Origin: Squalus acanthias
Lineage: Eukaryota
DNA: 64,000 nt
Direction of reading: 5' to 3'
Assembly (NCBI GenBank): GCA_030390025.1
Contig: CM059432.1
Span: forward strand, 55,678,001-55,742,000
Shown: positions 37,077-48,075 of the stretch, in pieces
Position numbering within the stretch: the first letter of the stretch is position 1
Layout of the letters: each line of letters begins with the position of its first letter
Position numbers and translations under genes: made by a program
Notes under the pieces: generated by a model
Database searches by the model: none
The model's input: only the letters and a program-made list of their open reading frames with translations
What the model was told of the DNA's origin: nothing

Positions 37077-38203
37077 ATTCTCTTTGCAAGCAAAGTAATG
37101 AAGGACAGCAACTAAAGTACCAGCGAAGTTAGGATCAGTAGGCAAAACTACCTCACAAAGCGTTGAGTCAATGTAGAAGTCTCTCTTTCTCTCTCTCCGA
37201 ATCTCTCTCTCTCTCTCAGAACGAGTGGTGCAAAAATGTTGACCACAGAAAAAGACAGGAAGAGGCCTCCTTTAAATAGCGCCCCCCCCAGCGATTGATA
37301 GCGTTCCAGTCTTCCGGTCGTTGGAAGCGCCAGGCGGTAAGGCAGGGGGCGCCACTCAATTTCCGCTCCGGGGCGCCACAAGGGCGTTGCACCATGGAAT
37401 GACGTCACAATCTGCGCGCGCAGGTGGTCGCAGCGGTAAGTTTTAGCGCCGCCGCACAATCTCTAGTTAAGTTCCCGAGCGGCACAAACATCGCTGCGCC
37501 CGGGCGTTAGCGGCTTTGCGCCCCATTAGCGCCCTCTTAAGGCGCTAACGGGAGGCGCAACCAACTGAATTTTTACCCCTTAGACTTTAGAATCAAAAAC
37601 ACAATTTCTAAATTTGCGGATGACACTAAATTCAGGGGATAGTCAATACTGAGGAGGACTGCAACAAATTACACGAGGACATTAATAAACTTGCAGAATG
37701 GGCATATAATTGGCAAATGAATTTCAACACAGATAAATGTGAGGTATTACATTTTGGTAAGAAAAATAGGAAGGTCACATATTACTTGGAAAATAAGAAT
37801 CTAAATGAGGTAGAAGAGCAAAGGGACCCCGGAGTACCAATACACAAATCACTAAAATTAGCAATGCAGGTTAATAAGGCCTTAAAAGAAACAAACCAAG
37901 CACTAGGATTTATTACTAGAGGGATAGGATTGAAAAGTAGAGAAGTTATGCTAAACTTGTATCGAACCTTGGTTAGACCACACTTGGGAGTACTGTGTAC
38001 AATTCTGGTTGCCACATTATAAAAAGGATATAGAGGCACTGGAGAGGGTGCAAAAAAGATTTACAAGGATGATACCAGAAATGCGAGGTTATAGCTATGA
38101 GGAAAGGATGAACAGGCTGGGTCTCTTTTTTCTTGAATAGAGAAGGTTGAGGGGTGACTTAACAGAGGTCTTTAAAATGATGAATTGACAGAGTAAACAC
38201 AGA

Positions 38204-38939
38204 GGGCTGGATTTTCATGGTGAAGGCAGGTTGGGGATGGGGGATGGGGGGGGAGGCTCCGAGGTGGGCGGGAATCCCGGGAGGCCAGGTTTCCCGCAGG
38301 CCCTGCCGTCCTGATTTGCAAGCGAGGCATCTGTTTCCCACCTGCAGGCAGCCAGATTGAGAGGCTAGCTGGCTCTGGGCAGATAGGCCTGGACACTAGG
38401 CTGCACAGAGGAGGGAGGGAGGGTTCGCGTGGGGGCCGTGCCGTTAAGAGGAACGGGGGTGGGGGGAGGAGAGGATCAGGGCCGGATGATCAGGGGGGAG
38501 GGATCATCGTGAGGCGGGGGTGGGGAGTGGGGTGGTCCGGGAAGGCGAACGCGTGAGGGGGTCTCCGATCGCGGGGGGTGGGCTAGGCAGGGACCCTGGA
38601 TCCAAGAGGTACGTATAAAGGCACTTACCTCCTGGATGCATCAGTCCTCGCCTTGATGTAACTGCCGGGTTTTACGAGGTGTGTAAAACCCGACCAGCTA
38701 CAGTTAAAAACAAAATGGAGGTTAAAGAAGAGGCTTCCAGCCTCATTATAATATTTAAATTGACATCCCGCCTCCTGGCAGCGGGTTTGCTGCCCGTCTC
38801 CGTCTCGCCCCCGTCCCACCTCCGTTCAAACCGGAAGTGGGCGGGTTGGAGGTAGGTTCAGGTCGGGATTCCGATTTTTAACAATTTAACTACCCCCACG
38901 CTCCAAACCCACCCTTTTTTTAAGGTTAAAATCCCCCCC
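38204..38939. mobile_element. Harbinger MITE nested in CR1
   Basis: Ends GGGCTGGATTTT ... AAAATCCCCCCC and TSD AGA/AGA. Confidence 0.88.
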
Positions 38940-41106
38940 AGAGAGAGTGTTTCTACTTGTGGGGAAGAGCAAAACCAGAGACCATCAATATAAGATAGTC
39001 ACCAAGAAATCAAATAGGGAATTAAGAAGAAACTTCTTTACCCAGAGAGTGGTGAGAATGTGGAACTCGCTACCACAGGGAGTGGCTGAAGCGAATAGTA
39101 GAGATGCATTTAAGGGGAGGCTAGATGAGCATATGAGGGAGAAGGAAATAGAGGGTTATGCTGATAGATTTAGATGAGGAAAGACGGGAGGAGGCTCGAG
39201 TGGAACATAAACACTGGCATGGACTAGTTGGGTCGAATGTCCTGTTTCTGTGCTGTTTAACCTATGTAATCCTATGTAATATATCTAGCAGCACTTTCAA
39301 TTGATAACAACAGAAATGTTGAGTAGTTAGCTTGGTGGTACACTAACATACCAATCCTGGAGTGATAGGTGCACACCCATTTTCTCCTCATGCAAATTGC
39401 TAGTCTCAAGTCAAACCATCTGAGAGAGGCTCCTAGGGGGCCAGCTTTACTATCGGAAAATACATTTTGTGAAGTGCCAAGGAAGTCAGTTCAAACTGTT
39501 TACATGTCACAATTTTGAATTCCTGGTTAAGCAGCATTGTCACAATCATGTCAACAAGTAAGCTGCCTGTTCTATCCCTTGTGTAACGGTACATGGTGAT
39601 GCAGAGAAGGAAACAGAAAAAAAATGTGAAGTAAAATTATTGGTGTGGAGATATACTTAGCTTAACATCTAAATGTACACATTCTGACAGCTAAAATTAA
39701 CCTTATATAAGCAAAGTAATAAACTCACTGTGCCATTTTCATGGTATTTAGTATTTCTGTTGAAACAACTAGTTCAGTTCTTACCAATAAATATTCAAAA
39801 CGAGATCTGCCCATATCTCATTCAGAGTCAATAAAAAGGAAAAAGATCATGAGGGAAAACCTTGACTGGTTCAATTTTATTTTGGTCAAACTGGAAGTGC
39901 ATCACCATATTTAAGAGTTTCCAAAATTAATTCAAATGAATTAATTCATTCAAATTTGGTCCGCGGTCAGGGACAGGTGGGTGTGACTACGAGTGAGGCA
40001 GGTATGGGGAACCAGGAGGTAGTGGTGGAGGAGCCTCAGCCCTTGCTCTTGTCCAACAGTTACGAGGTTCTTACTCTCTGTGTGGGCAAGAGCAGGGACT
40101 GCAGTGAGGATGAGCAAACTAACCACAGCACCGTGGTACAGGGAACCATTCAAGTGGAGGGAGCAAAAAGAAATGTGATAGTGGTAGGGGACAGTATAGT
40201 TAGGGGGATAGATACTGTTCTCTGCAGCCGAGAGCATGAGTCCCGAAGGCTGTGTTGCCTGCCCGGTGGCAGGGTAAAGGACATCTCCTCTGGGCTGGAG
40301 ACGAACTTAGAGTGGGAGGGGAAAGATCCAGTTGTCGTGGTCCATGTAGGTACCAACGACATAGGTAGGACAAAGAAAGAGGTTCTGCTAAGGGAATATG
40401 AGCAGCTAGGGGCTAAATTAAAAAGCAGAACCACAAAGGTAATAATCTCTGGATTACTACCTGAGCCACGTGCAAATTGGCATAGGGTAAATAAGATCAG
40501 AGAGATGAACGAGTGGCTCAAAGACTGGTGTGAGAGAAATGGGTTTCGATTCCTGGGGCACTGGCACCAGTACTGGGATAAGAGGGAGCTGGGCTTCATT
40601 TGAACCAGGCTGGGGCCAGTGTCCTGGCGAATCGAATAACTAGGGCTGTAGATAGGGCTTTAAACTAAATAGTGGGGGGGAGGGATACGCTGAGCGGAAA
40701 TTTAAAAAGTCAAAGAAAAATGAGAAGGCAAAAGTGCAGGGTAGCGATAGGCGTAATGATAACCAGAGTGTGACAGGAAGGGACAGAGCGTATACACATA
40801 AGAGTGCATCAGAAAGAAGGGTCAGAGTAGGGAAAAATGGTAAAAAGACAAAATTAAAAACTCTATATCTGAACGCACGCAGCATTCGTAACAAGATAGA
40901 TGAGTTGACAGCGCAAATAGAAATAAATGGGTATGATCTGATAGCCATTACAGAGACGTGGTTGCAAGGTGACCAAGGCTGGGAACTGAATATTCAGGGG
41001 TATTTGCCATTTCGTAAGGACAGGCAGAAAGGAAAAGGAGGTGGTGTAGCTCTGTTAATAAGGGATGAGATCAGTGCAGTAGTGAGAAATGATATTGGCC
41101 TAGAAG

Positions 41107-42983
41107 GAAGGAAGAAGCCTCCCCAGCAAACCAAGGCTGCGTGGATCCAGGTGGCAGAGGAGGTCAACTCTTTGTCAATAACCCGCAGAACCTGGCTTCA
41201 GTGCAGGAAGAGCTTCATGACCTTCTGTGCACTGGAAAAATGAGTATGAATTTCCCATCACCCTCAATCTGATCCCCATTGCCTCTCCTCACCAGCACTC
41301 AGCTTTAGCAATCTCTTCCTTCACATCCCACTTGACACTGACATCCATGCACCCTTACCCATTCCCTCTCTCTCTATGGTCACATTCACCTAACTATTCG
41401 ACTATGCAGCCCTCACACTCCCTACCACTGTGATGCAATTACAACTTACAACACACAGGGAGGGCCCTTGGTCTTGCCACCTCACTCCATCTTTGTCTCC
41501 TTCTAAGCATCTATGCTATGGATTCTCTACACTCACTCCTTCATTCTCACTCAAACTCCACTTGTCTCCCTCATTGCAGGAAAAGAGAGCTCACAATAAG
41601 AGGGAAAGAGCGAGGACAGGAGGAGGGCCACCCTCAGTAGCCCAGCTCACCACCTGGGAGGAGGCGGTCCTGGAGATGGTGGGAGTGGAGGAAGATTCCC
41701 AAGTGGGGGACGGACAGACGGGCACATCACAGCAAGCTGGTGACAGAATCGTTTTCCATCTCTCTCAATGACATTGCATGAGTCGCTGATAATGATTCTG
41801 AAGCTCTAACAGATGGACTTATGATCATCTGCAATATGCAATGTGCATGTAACCTTGGACTCACATTTCTGACTCTTTCCTTTACTCCCCCCCAGGACCA
41901 TTGCAAGCACCCGTCCCCACTATCCAGGAGGAAGAGCATGAGCCTCAAGACTCCTCAGAGGAAGCTGCAACCTCTGAGGGCGCAGCGTCAGCAGAATTCA
42001 GCGCACCCAGCACCAGCGCAGACACTCACACCTCGGAGGGAACATCACGAGATAGAGTAGTGTTGTCACCTGGTGTATCACAGCTCACAAGTGAGCATCA
42101 GCAGGTAGCGGAGACAGGGACAGCAGTGGAGAGTCCTAGTCGGAGGGCGCAGGACTCTCCCAGCTCGGTTCAGCTGCATGTCGAGCCTCTGCCTCTGGGT
42201 CCATCCATAAGATCAGCGGTGCTGGAACTCCAGGAACAGATGCAGGAGTCTCTGGCAGGTTTTGTCTCCAGGGTCGCTGTGAGTGTGGAGCGAATGGAAG
42301 AGTCCATTGCAAACATGAGCAGAGCCTTTGTGGAGTCACTGGCGCATGAACGCATCACCACGGAAAGGATGGCAACCTCCGTGCAAATGATGGCAACCTC
42401 CATCGAAAGGATGGCTACAGTAGACGAGAGGATGGCTGCGGCCATGGAGGAGATAAGTTACCAGAGTGCAGAAAACATGGTGAGTGTTCAGAATAGAATG
42501 ACATCTCTGGAGGAACGATGGTCATCTATTGAACACAGAAACCAGACCTTCATGGAAGTCCTTCTGAGTAGGACTTCCAGTGCAGATACGGGTCCCTATG
42601 GCCCCCCTGATGTGCAGCAAGGTGCTCTCAATCCACTTGCAAGAGCTGAGGTGGACCTGACCCATGAGAGGGATGTTGTTTGCAGAGAACAAGGAAGTGG
42701 GGGCTCCTCTCCAAGCGCTCACACTTCCATGCCACTGACAAGTCCTCGGTCAAAGACCCACCAGAGTCCGCACCCAACTGAGATCGGCGTCTCAACCCCT
42801 GCACAGCCGCAGGAGCAGCAGACTGTTGGCGAGCCCTCACAGGTTTGCAACCCCAGAGGACGCCCGCCAAAGGTGTCAAGACAGGAGCAGCAAGAAAGTG
42901 AGCAAGGGGCCTCCACATCTGCTGAAGCCACAGGGGAAGCACCACGTAGGAGCACGCGTAAGAGAAAGATAGTGCACAAATAG
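41107..42983 (+). pseudogene. Harbinger Myb/SANT-like gene: truncated exon 1, exon 2 41580-41739, exon 3 41896-42983
   Basis: KKPPQQTKAAWIQVAEEV..QCRK remnant with the first donor mutated. Exon 3 is open, with a Met-rich coiled-coil-like region and PRGRPPK. Confidence 0.85.
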
Positions 42984-43240
42984 TCACAAGGGTAGTCACT
43001 TGGGTGAATTTTGATGTTTTATGTTAAAAAGCCATCAGATGATTACTGTAAATAAAAAATCTGATGGCTACTGCTGCAGTTGTGGCGTGTGTCATTTCGC
43101 GAATGGGACTTCCACATTGAGGGCTTAGGATTACTTGCAATTGTCAGTATGGTGTTCAAATTGCTAGGAATCCGCTGGTTCTTGGCCATTGTCGATGCTC
43201 AGGTAAGAAGCTGCGAGGCAAAAGTGCTTGATTGGCTAGG

Positions 43241-44509
43241 CTAAGCAAATCTGGCCAAGATGAGTGCGTTCCTTGCATCCTGGGCAGCAATGTTTTCGCG
43301 TACTGCTGCCGCTGGTTGATGGGCCTTTGCAAGATGTTCGTTTTCGCTCTCCTCCTCCTCCTCCTCCTCCTTCTCATCTGAGGAGAATATGTGACGAGCC
43401 ACTTGGTCTTCAGGAATCTGCAAGCCACGATGCTGTGCCATGTTGTGAAGTGCACAGCAAACCATGACGATTCTGGAGACCCTGGCTGCTGAGTACTGCA
43501 GGGCTCCACCTGATCTATCCAGGCATCTGAATCGCATCTTCAGTAAACCGATGGTTTGCTCGATTATGGCTCTGGTGGAGATGTGGCTGGAGTTGTAGCT
43601 CTCCTCAGCTTCGTTGGATGGGCTCCTCAACGGCGTCATTAGCCACGTCTTCAGGGGATAGCCCTTGTCTCCAAGTAGCCATCCGTTAAGTTGATCTGGC
43701 GGACTGAATAGCGGAGGCACACTAGACTGCCGCAGTATGAAGGAGTCATGGCAACTGCCAGGGTACTTGGCACAAACATGCAAAATTTCCTTCTTGTGGT
43801 CACACACCAGCTGAACGTTAAGGGAGTGGAAGCCCTTGCGGTTGACAAAAATACCTGGATTGCGATGGGGTGCCTTAAGGGTCACTTGTGTGCAGTCAAC
43901 GACGTCCTGCACCCTTGGAAAGCCTGCCAGATTAGCTAATCCAACCGCACGCGCCGTGACACTTGCTTGATCCTTGGTGAAATGGATGTGATTGTGCGCG
44001 ATGGCAAAGAGGGCATCGGTTACCTGCGTGATGCAAGTGTGTGCGGCCGCCTGGGAGATGCCGCTGATGTCTGCTGCTGATCCCTGGAATGAGCCTGAGG
44101 CAAAAAAGTTGAGTGCGGTGGTGACTTTGACGGCCACTGGTAAGGGTTGTCCACCTGGTCCTCTGGGCTCCAGGTCTTGTTGCAGCATTGCGCAGATGTC
44201 ACCCACTACCTCTCGCGAAAGTCGGAGCCGCCTTTGGCACTGCTGCTCAGACATGTTGAGGTAGCTGACCCTGTGTCTGTAGACCCTGTTTGGGAGGTAT
44301 CTCCTGCGCCGACAGGCTTCCATGCGCTGGCCCCTTCTGGCCTGTGCAGCTTCAGGTGGGTGAGCAGCAGCTTGGCGCTCCTGTTGTTGCTGCTGCTGCT
44401 GTTGGTGCTGCTGCTGTTGGTGCTGCTGTTGTTCATGGTTCTGCTGGTGCCGCGGCTGGTCTTCGTCCTCATCTGATGTCCAGAAGGGAAGGAAATAAAT
44501 GGCTCCCAT
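43241..44509 (-). CDS. Harbinger (HARBI1-like) DDE transposase, uninterrupted 422 aa
   Basis: VVDCTQ / LLGDKGY / IEQT triad, [11 protein letters not shown] and [11 protein letters not shown], plus an N-terminal poly-Q and a C-terminal poly-E. Confidence 0.93.
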   Translation of the reverse strand: MGAIYFLPFWTSDEDEDQPRHQQNHEQQQHQQQQHQQQQQQQQERQAAAHPPEAAQARRGQRMEACRRRRYLPNRVYRHRVSYLNMSEQQCQRRLRLSREVVGDICAMLQQDLEPRGPGGQPLPVAVKVTTALNFFASGSFQGSAADISGISQAAAHTCITQVTDALFAIAHNHIHFTKDQASVTARAVGLANLAGFPRVQDVVDCTQVTLKAPHRNPGIFVNRKGFHSLNVQLVCDHKKEILHVCAKYPGSCHDSFILRQSSVPPLFSPPDQLNGWLLGDKGYPLKTWLMTPLRSPSNEAEESYNSSHISTRAIIEQTIGLLKMRFRCLDRSGGALQYSAARVSRIVMVCCALHNMAQHRGLQIPEDQVARHIFSSDEKEEEEEEESENEHLAKAHQPAAAVRENIAAQDARNALILARFA

Positions 44510-47500
44510 GCTTCTGGTATATGCCTCAGTTGAGGAAGCGCTCAGTCAAGGTGGCGAGAGGGGTTTCCCAGGAGGTCACACTGGAGATGGGTGTCAGGCT
44601 CCAAACTTCCACAGCTGTGGTTATGCCTTCTAAAAGTTCCCCCAGACCTGAGACAGCAAAGTCCTGCCACCTGCAAATGATGGCTGATCAAATCTCCTAT
44701 TTAATGGTTGAGCTGCAGCTGATAGTCAGCAATCCAATTATGCTCCCGCCAGGTTTCACCGTCATGTTTCAGAACAGGCATGCTTCACGTGGGAAAAGGG
44801 TTAAAATCACAAAGGCCTATCAAAATGGCATTATAGAGGCAATTTAGTGCTTGTTAAGGGCCTTAACGGCCTATCCCGTCTCTTGGAGGCGGGACGGAGA
44901 CGGGACCAGTAGACACGATTTAATGAAAATTGCTTGGAGGTGGGATGGAGGCGGGGTTGGGCCTGCCCGCCAGTTTTTGCAATTTTAACCACCCACACGC
45001 CTCCAATCCCGCCTCAACGGCCCGATGAAATTTGAGCCCGTAGAATCAATTTGGGTGGAGATAAGAAATAATAACGGTAAAAAGTCACTGGTGGTAGTGG
45101 TCTACAGGCTCCCAAACAGTAGCCACACTGTAGGACAGAAAATAAATCAAGAAATAATAGAGGCTTGTAAGAAATCTGCATATTGATTCGACAAAGCAAA
45201 TTGGCAAAGGTAGACTTGAGGAAGAGTTCTTAGAGTGTATACGGGATGGTTTCTTGGAACAATATGTTGTGGAACCAACCAGGGAGAAAACTATTTTAAA
45301 TCTGGTAATGTGTAATGAGGCTGGATTAATTAATGATCTCGAAGTGAAGGATCCTCTTGGGAAGAATGATCATAGCATGGTAGAATTTCAAATTCAGCTT
45401 GAGGGTGAGAAAGCTAGGTCTCAAACTAGTGCCCTGAACTTAAACAAAGGTAATTACAAAGGTATGAAGGCAGACTTGGTTAAAGTGGACTGGGAAAATA
45501 TATTGCAGGGTAAGACTGTAGAAAAGCAGTGGCAAACGTTTAAGAAGATATTTCATAACTCTCAGCAAAGATATATTCCAGTGAGAAAGAAAGACTCTAA
45601 GAGAAGGATGAACCATCCGTGGCTAACTAAGGAAGTAAAGGATGGTATCAAATTGAAAACAAAAGCATACAATGTTGCAAAGAATAGTGAAAGGCCAGAG
45701 GATTGGGAAATTTTTAAAAACTAGCAAAGGACAACTAAAAAATTGATAAAGAGAGAGAAGATAGCTTATGAGAGTAAGCTAGCAAGAAATATAAAAACAG
45801 ACAGTAAGAGCTTCTACAGGTATATAAAAAGGAAGAGAGTAGCTGAAGTAAATGTTGGTCCCCTAGAGGATGAGTCTGGGGAATTAATAATGGGAAACAG
45901 GGAAATGGTGGAGACTTTGAACAAATATTTTGTATCGGACTTCACAGCAGAAGACACTAAAAGCATCCCAATAATGGATAATCAAGGGACTATTGGGGTG
46001 GGGGGAGGGGAACTTAAAACAATCACTATCACTAGAGAGAAAGTACTAGGCAAACTAATGGGACTAAAGGTGGACAGGTCCCCTGGACCTGATGGCCTGC
46101 ATCCTAGAGTCTTAAAAGAGGTGGCTGCAGAGATAGTGGATGCATTGGTTGTAATCTACCAAAATTCCCTGGATTCTGGAGAGGTCCCAGCAGACTGGAA
46201 AACCGCAAATGTAACGCCCCTATTTAAGAAAGGAGGGAGACAGAAAGCAGGCAACTATCGACAAGTTAGCCTAACATCTGTCATTGCGAAAATGCTGGAG
46301 TCCTTCATTAAGGAAGTGATAGCAGGACATTTAGAAAATCATAATATAGTCAAGCAGAGTCAGCATGGTTTTATGAAAGGGAAATCATGTTTGACAAATT
46401 TGCTGGAGTTCTTTGAGGATGTAAAGAGCAGGGTGGATAAAGGGGATCCAGTAGATGTCGTGTATTTGGATTTCCAGAAGGCATTCAATAAGGTGCCACA
46501 TAAAAGGCTACTACACAAGATAAGAGCTCACGGGGTTGGGGGTAATATATTAGCATGGATAGAGGATTGGCTAACTAACAGAAAACAAAGAGTCGGGATA
46601 AATGGGTCATTTTCAGGTTGGCAAACTGTAACTAGTGGGGTGCCGCAGGGATCAGTGCTGGGGTCTCAACTATTTACAATATATATTAATGACTTGGATG
46701 AAGGGACCGAGTGTAATGTAGCCAAATTTGCTGATGATACAAAGATAGGTGGGAAAGCAAATTGTGTGGAAGATGCAAAGAATCTCCAAAGGGATATAGA
46801 TAGGCTAAGTGAGTGGGCAAAAATCTGGCAGATGGAGTATAATGTGGGAAAATGCGAGGTTATCCACTTTGGTAGGAAAAATAAAAAGCAAATTATTATT
46901 TAAATGGGGAGAGATTACAAAATGCTGAGGTACAGAGGGATCTGGGGGTCCTTGTACATGAATCACAAAAAGTTAGCATGCAGGTACAACAAGTAATTAG
47001 GAAGGCAAATGGAGTGTAGGCCTTTATTGCAAAGGGAATGGAGTATAAAAGTAGGGAAGTCCTGCTACAACTGTACAGGGCGTTGGTGAGACCACACCTG
47101 GAGTACTGCGTACAGTTTTGGTCTCCTTATTTAAGGAAGGATATACTTGCATTGGAGGCAGTTCAGAGAAGGTTCATGAGGTTGATTCCGGAGATGAAGG
47201 GGTTGTCTTATGAAGAAAGGTTGAGCAGGTTGGGCCTATACTCATTGGAGTGCAGAAGAATGAGAGGGGATTTTAATGAAACATGTAAGATTCTGAAGGG
47301 GCTTGACAGGGTAGATGCAGAGAGGATGTTTCACCTCATGGGGGAATCTAGAACTAGGGGACATAATTTCAGGATAAGGGGGCACCCTTTTAAATCGGAA
47401 ATGAGGAGGAATTTCTTCTCTCAGAGGGTCGTGAATCTTTGGAAGTCTTTTCCCCAGAGAGCTGTGGAGGCTGTGTCATTGAATATATTTAAGGTGGAGA

Positions 47501-48075
47501 TAGACAGATTTTTGAACGATGAGGGAGTCAAGGGTTATGGGGAATGGGCAGGAAAGTGGAGTTGAGGCCAAGATCAGATCAGCCATGATCTTATTGAATG
47601 GCGGAGCAGGCTCGAAGGGCCAAATGACCTACTCCTGCTCCTACGTCTTATGTTCTTATGTTTTAAAACAAAAGACAATCGAGTGTGGATTAAAACAGCC
47701 TTATGATTCACTATGATCCATTTTGCGCTTTCGCCTAAGACTAATTCCATCCCCAAGCTACCGAGAAATCCTTAGAAGTAGAGTTTTTGTTTCCCTTCTA
47801 TGCACTACATATTCTCTTCCCTTAGAGACAGCTTAGGTGCAGGATTGCATAGTTTAATGCTTAGAGTGATCTCCAAGTGTGCGCAGAGGTACTGCTGGAG
47901 TATAAGCAGTTAAATAGTACAGCCTGCCAGCACAGGGCACTGGAAAGCTGTCAACTGCTTTTACAGCGGGGACCATGCTGGTTGTTAGGGCATTGGCTTG
48001 CAGGATTATCTGGAGCTGAGTGGGAAGATTCACAAGCTCGAAGACTTACCTCTCCAGGGTCAGTCAATTAGTGTG

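Larger units (their letters stand above)
33388..37579 (+). mobile_element. Full-length Harbinger transposon, 4192 bp
   Basis: 12-bp TIRs GGGGTAAAAATT / AATTTTTACCCC, TSD TTA/TTA and two convergent genes. Confidence 0.97.
31050..39280 (+). mobile_element. CR1 LINE (diverged family), decayed, interrupted by two Harbinger insertions
   Basis: Esterase, endonuclease (SDHN) and RT fragments with many stops. RT continues across 33388-37579. Tail CCTATGTAAT x2. Confidence 0.9.
41107..45039 (+). mobile_element. Harbinger transposon lacking its left end
   Basis: Right end GAAATTTGAGCCC followed by GTA and resumed CR1. The left TIR and Myb start are deleted. Related to 12237-15210. Confidence 0.9.
39955..47662 (+). 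mobile_element. CR1 LINE, near full length, interrupted by Harbinger 41107-45039
   Basis: ORF1 esterase 39956-40603 (GDSIVRG, HVGTND), endonuclease start (LYLNARSI, ITETW), RT 45743-46903 and a TCTTATGT tail. Confidence 0.95.

Noticed and set aside
43241..44509. Assigning host gene symbols HARBI1 / NAIF1
   Set aside because: The genes occur in multiple copies inside TIR/TSD-bounded elements, so they are transposon genes, not the domesticated orthologues.
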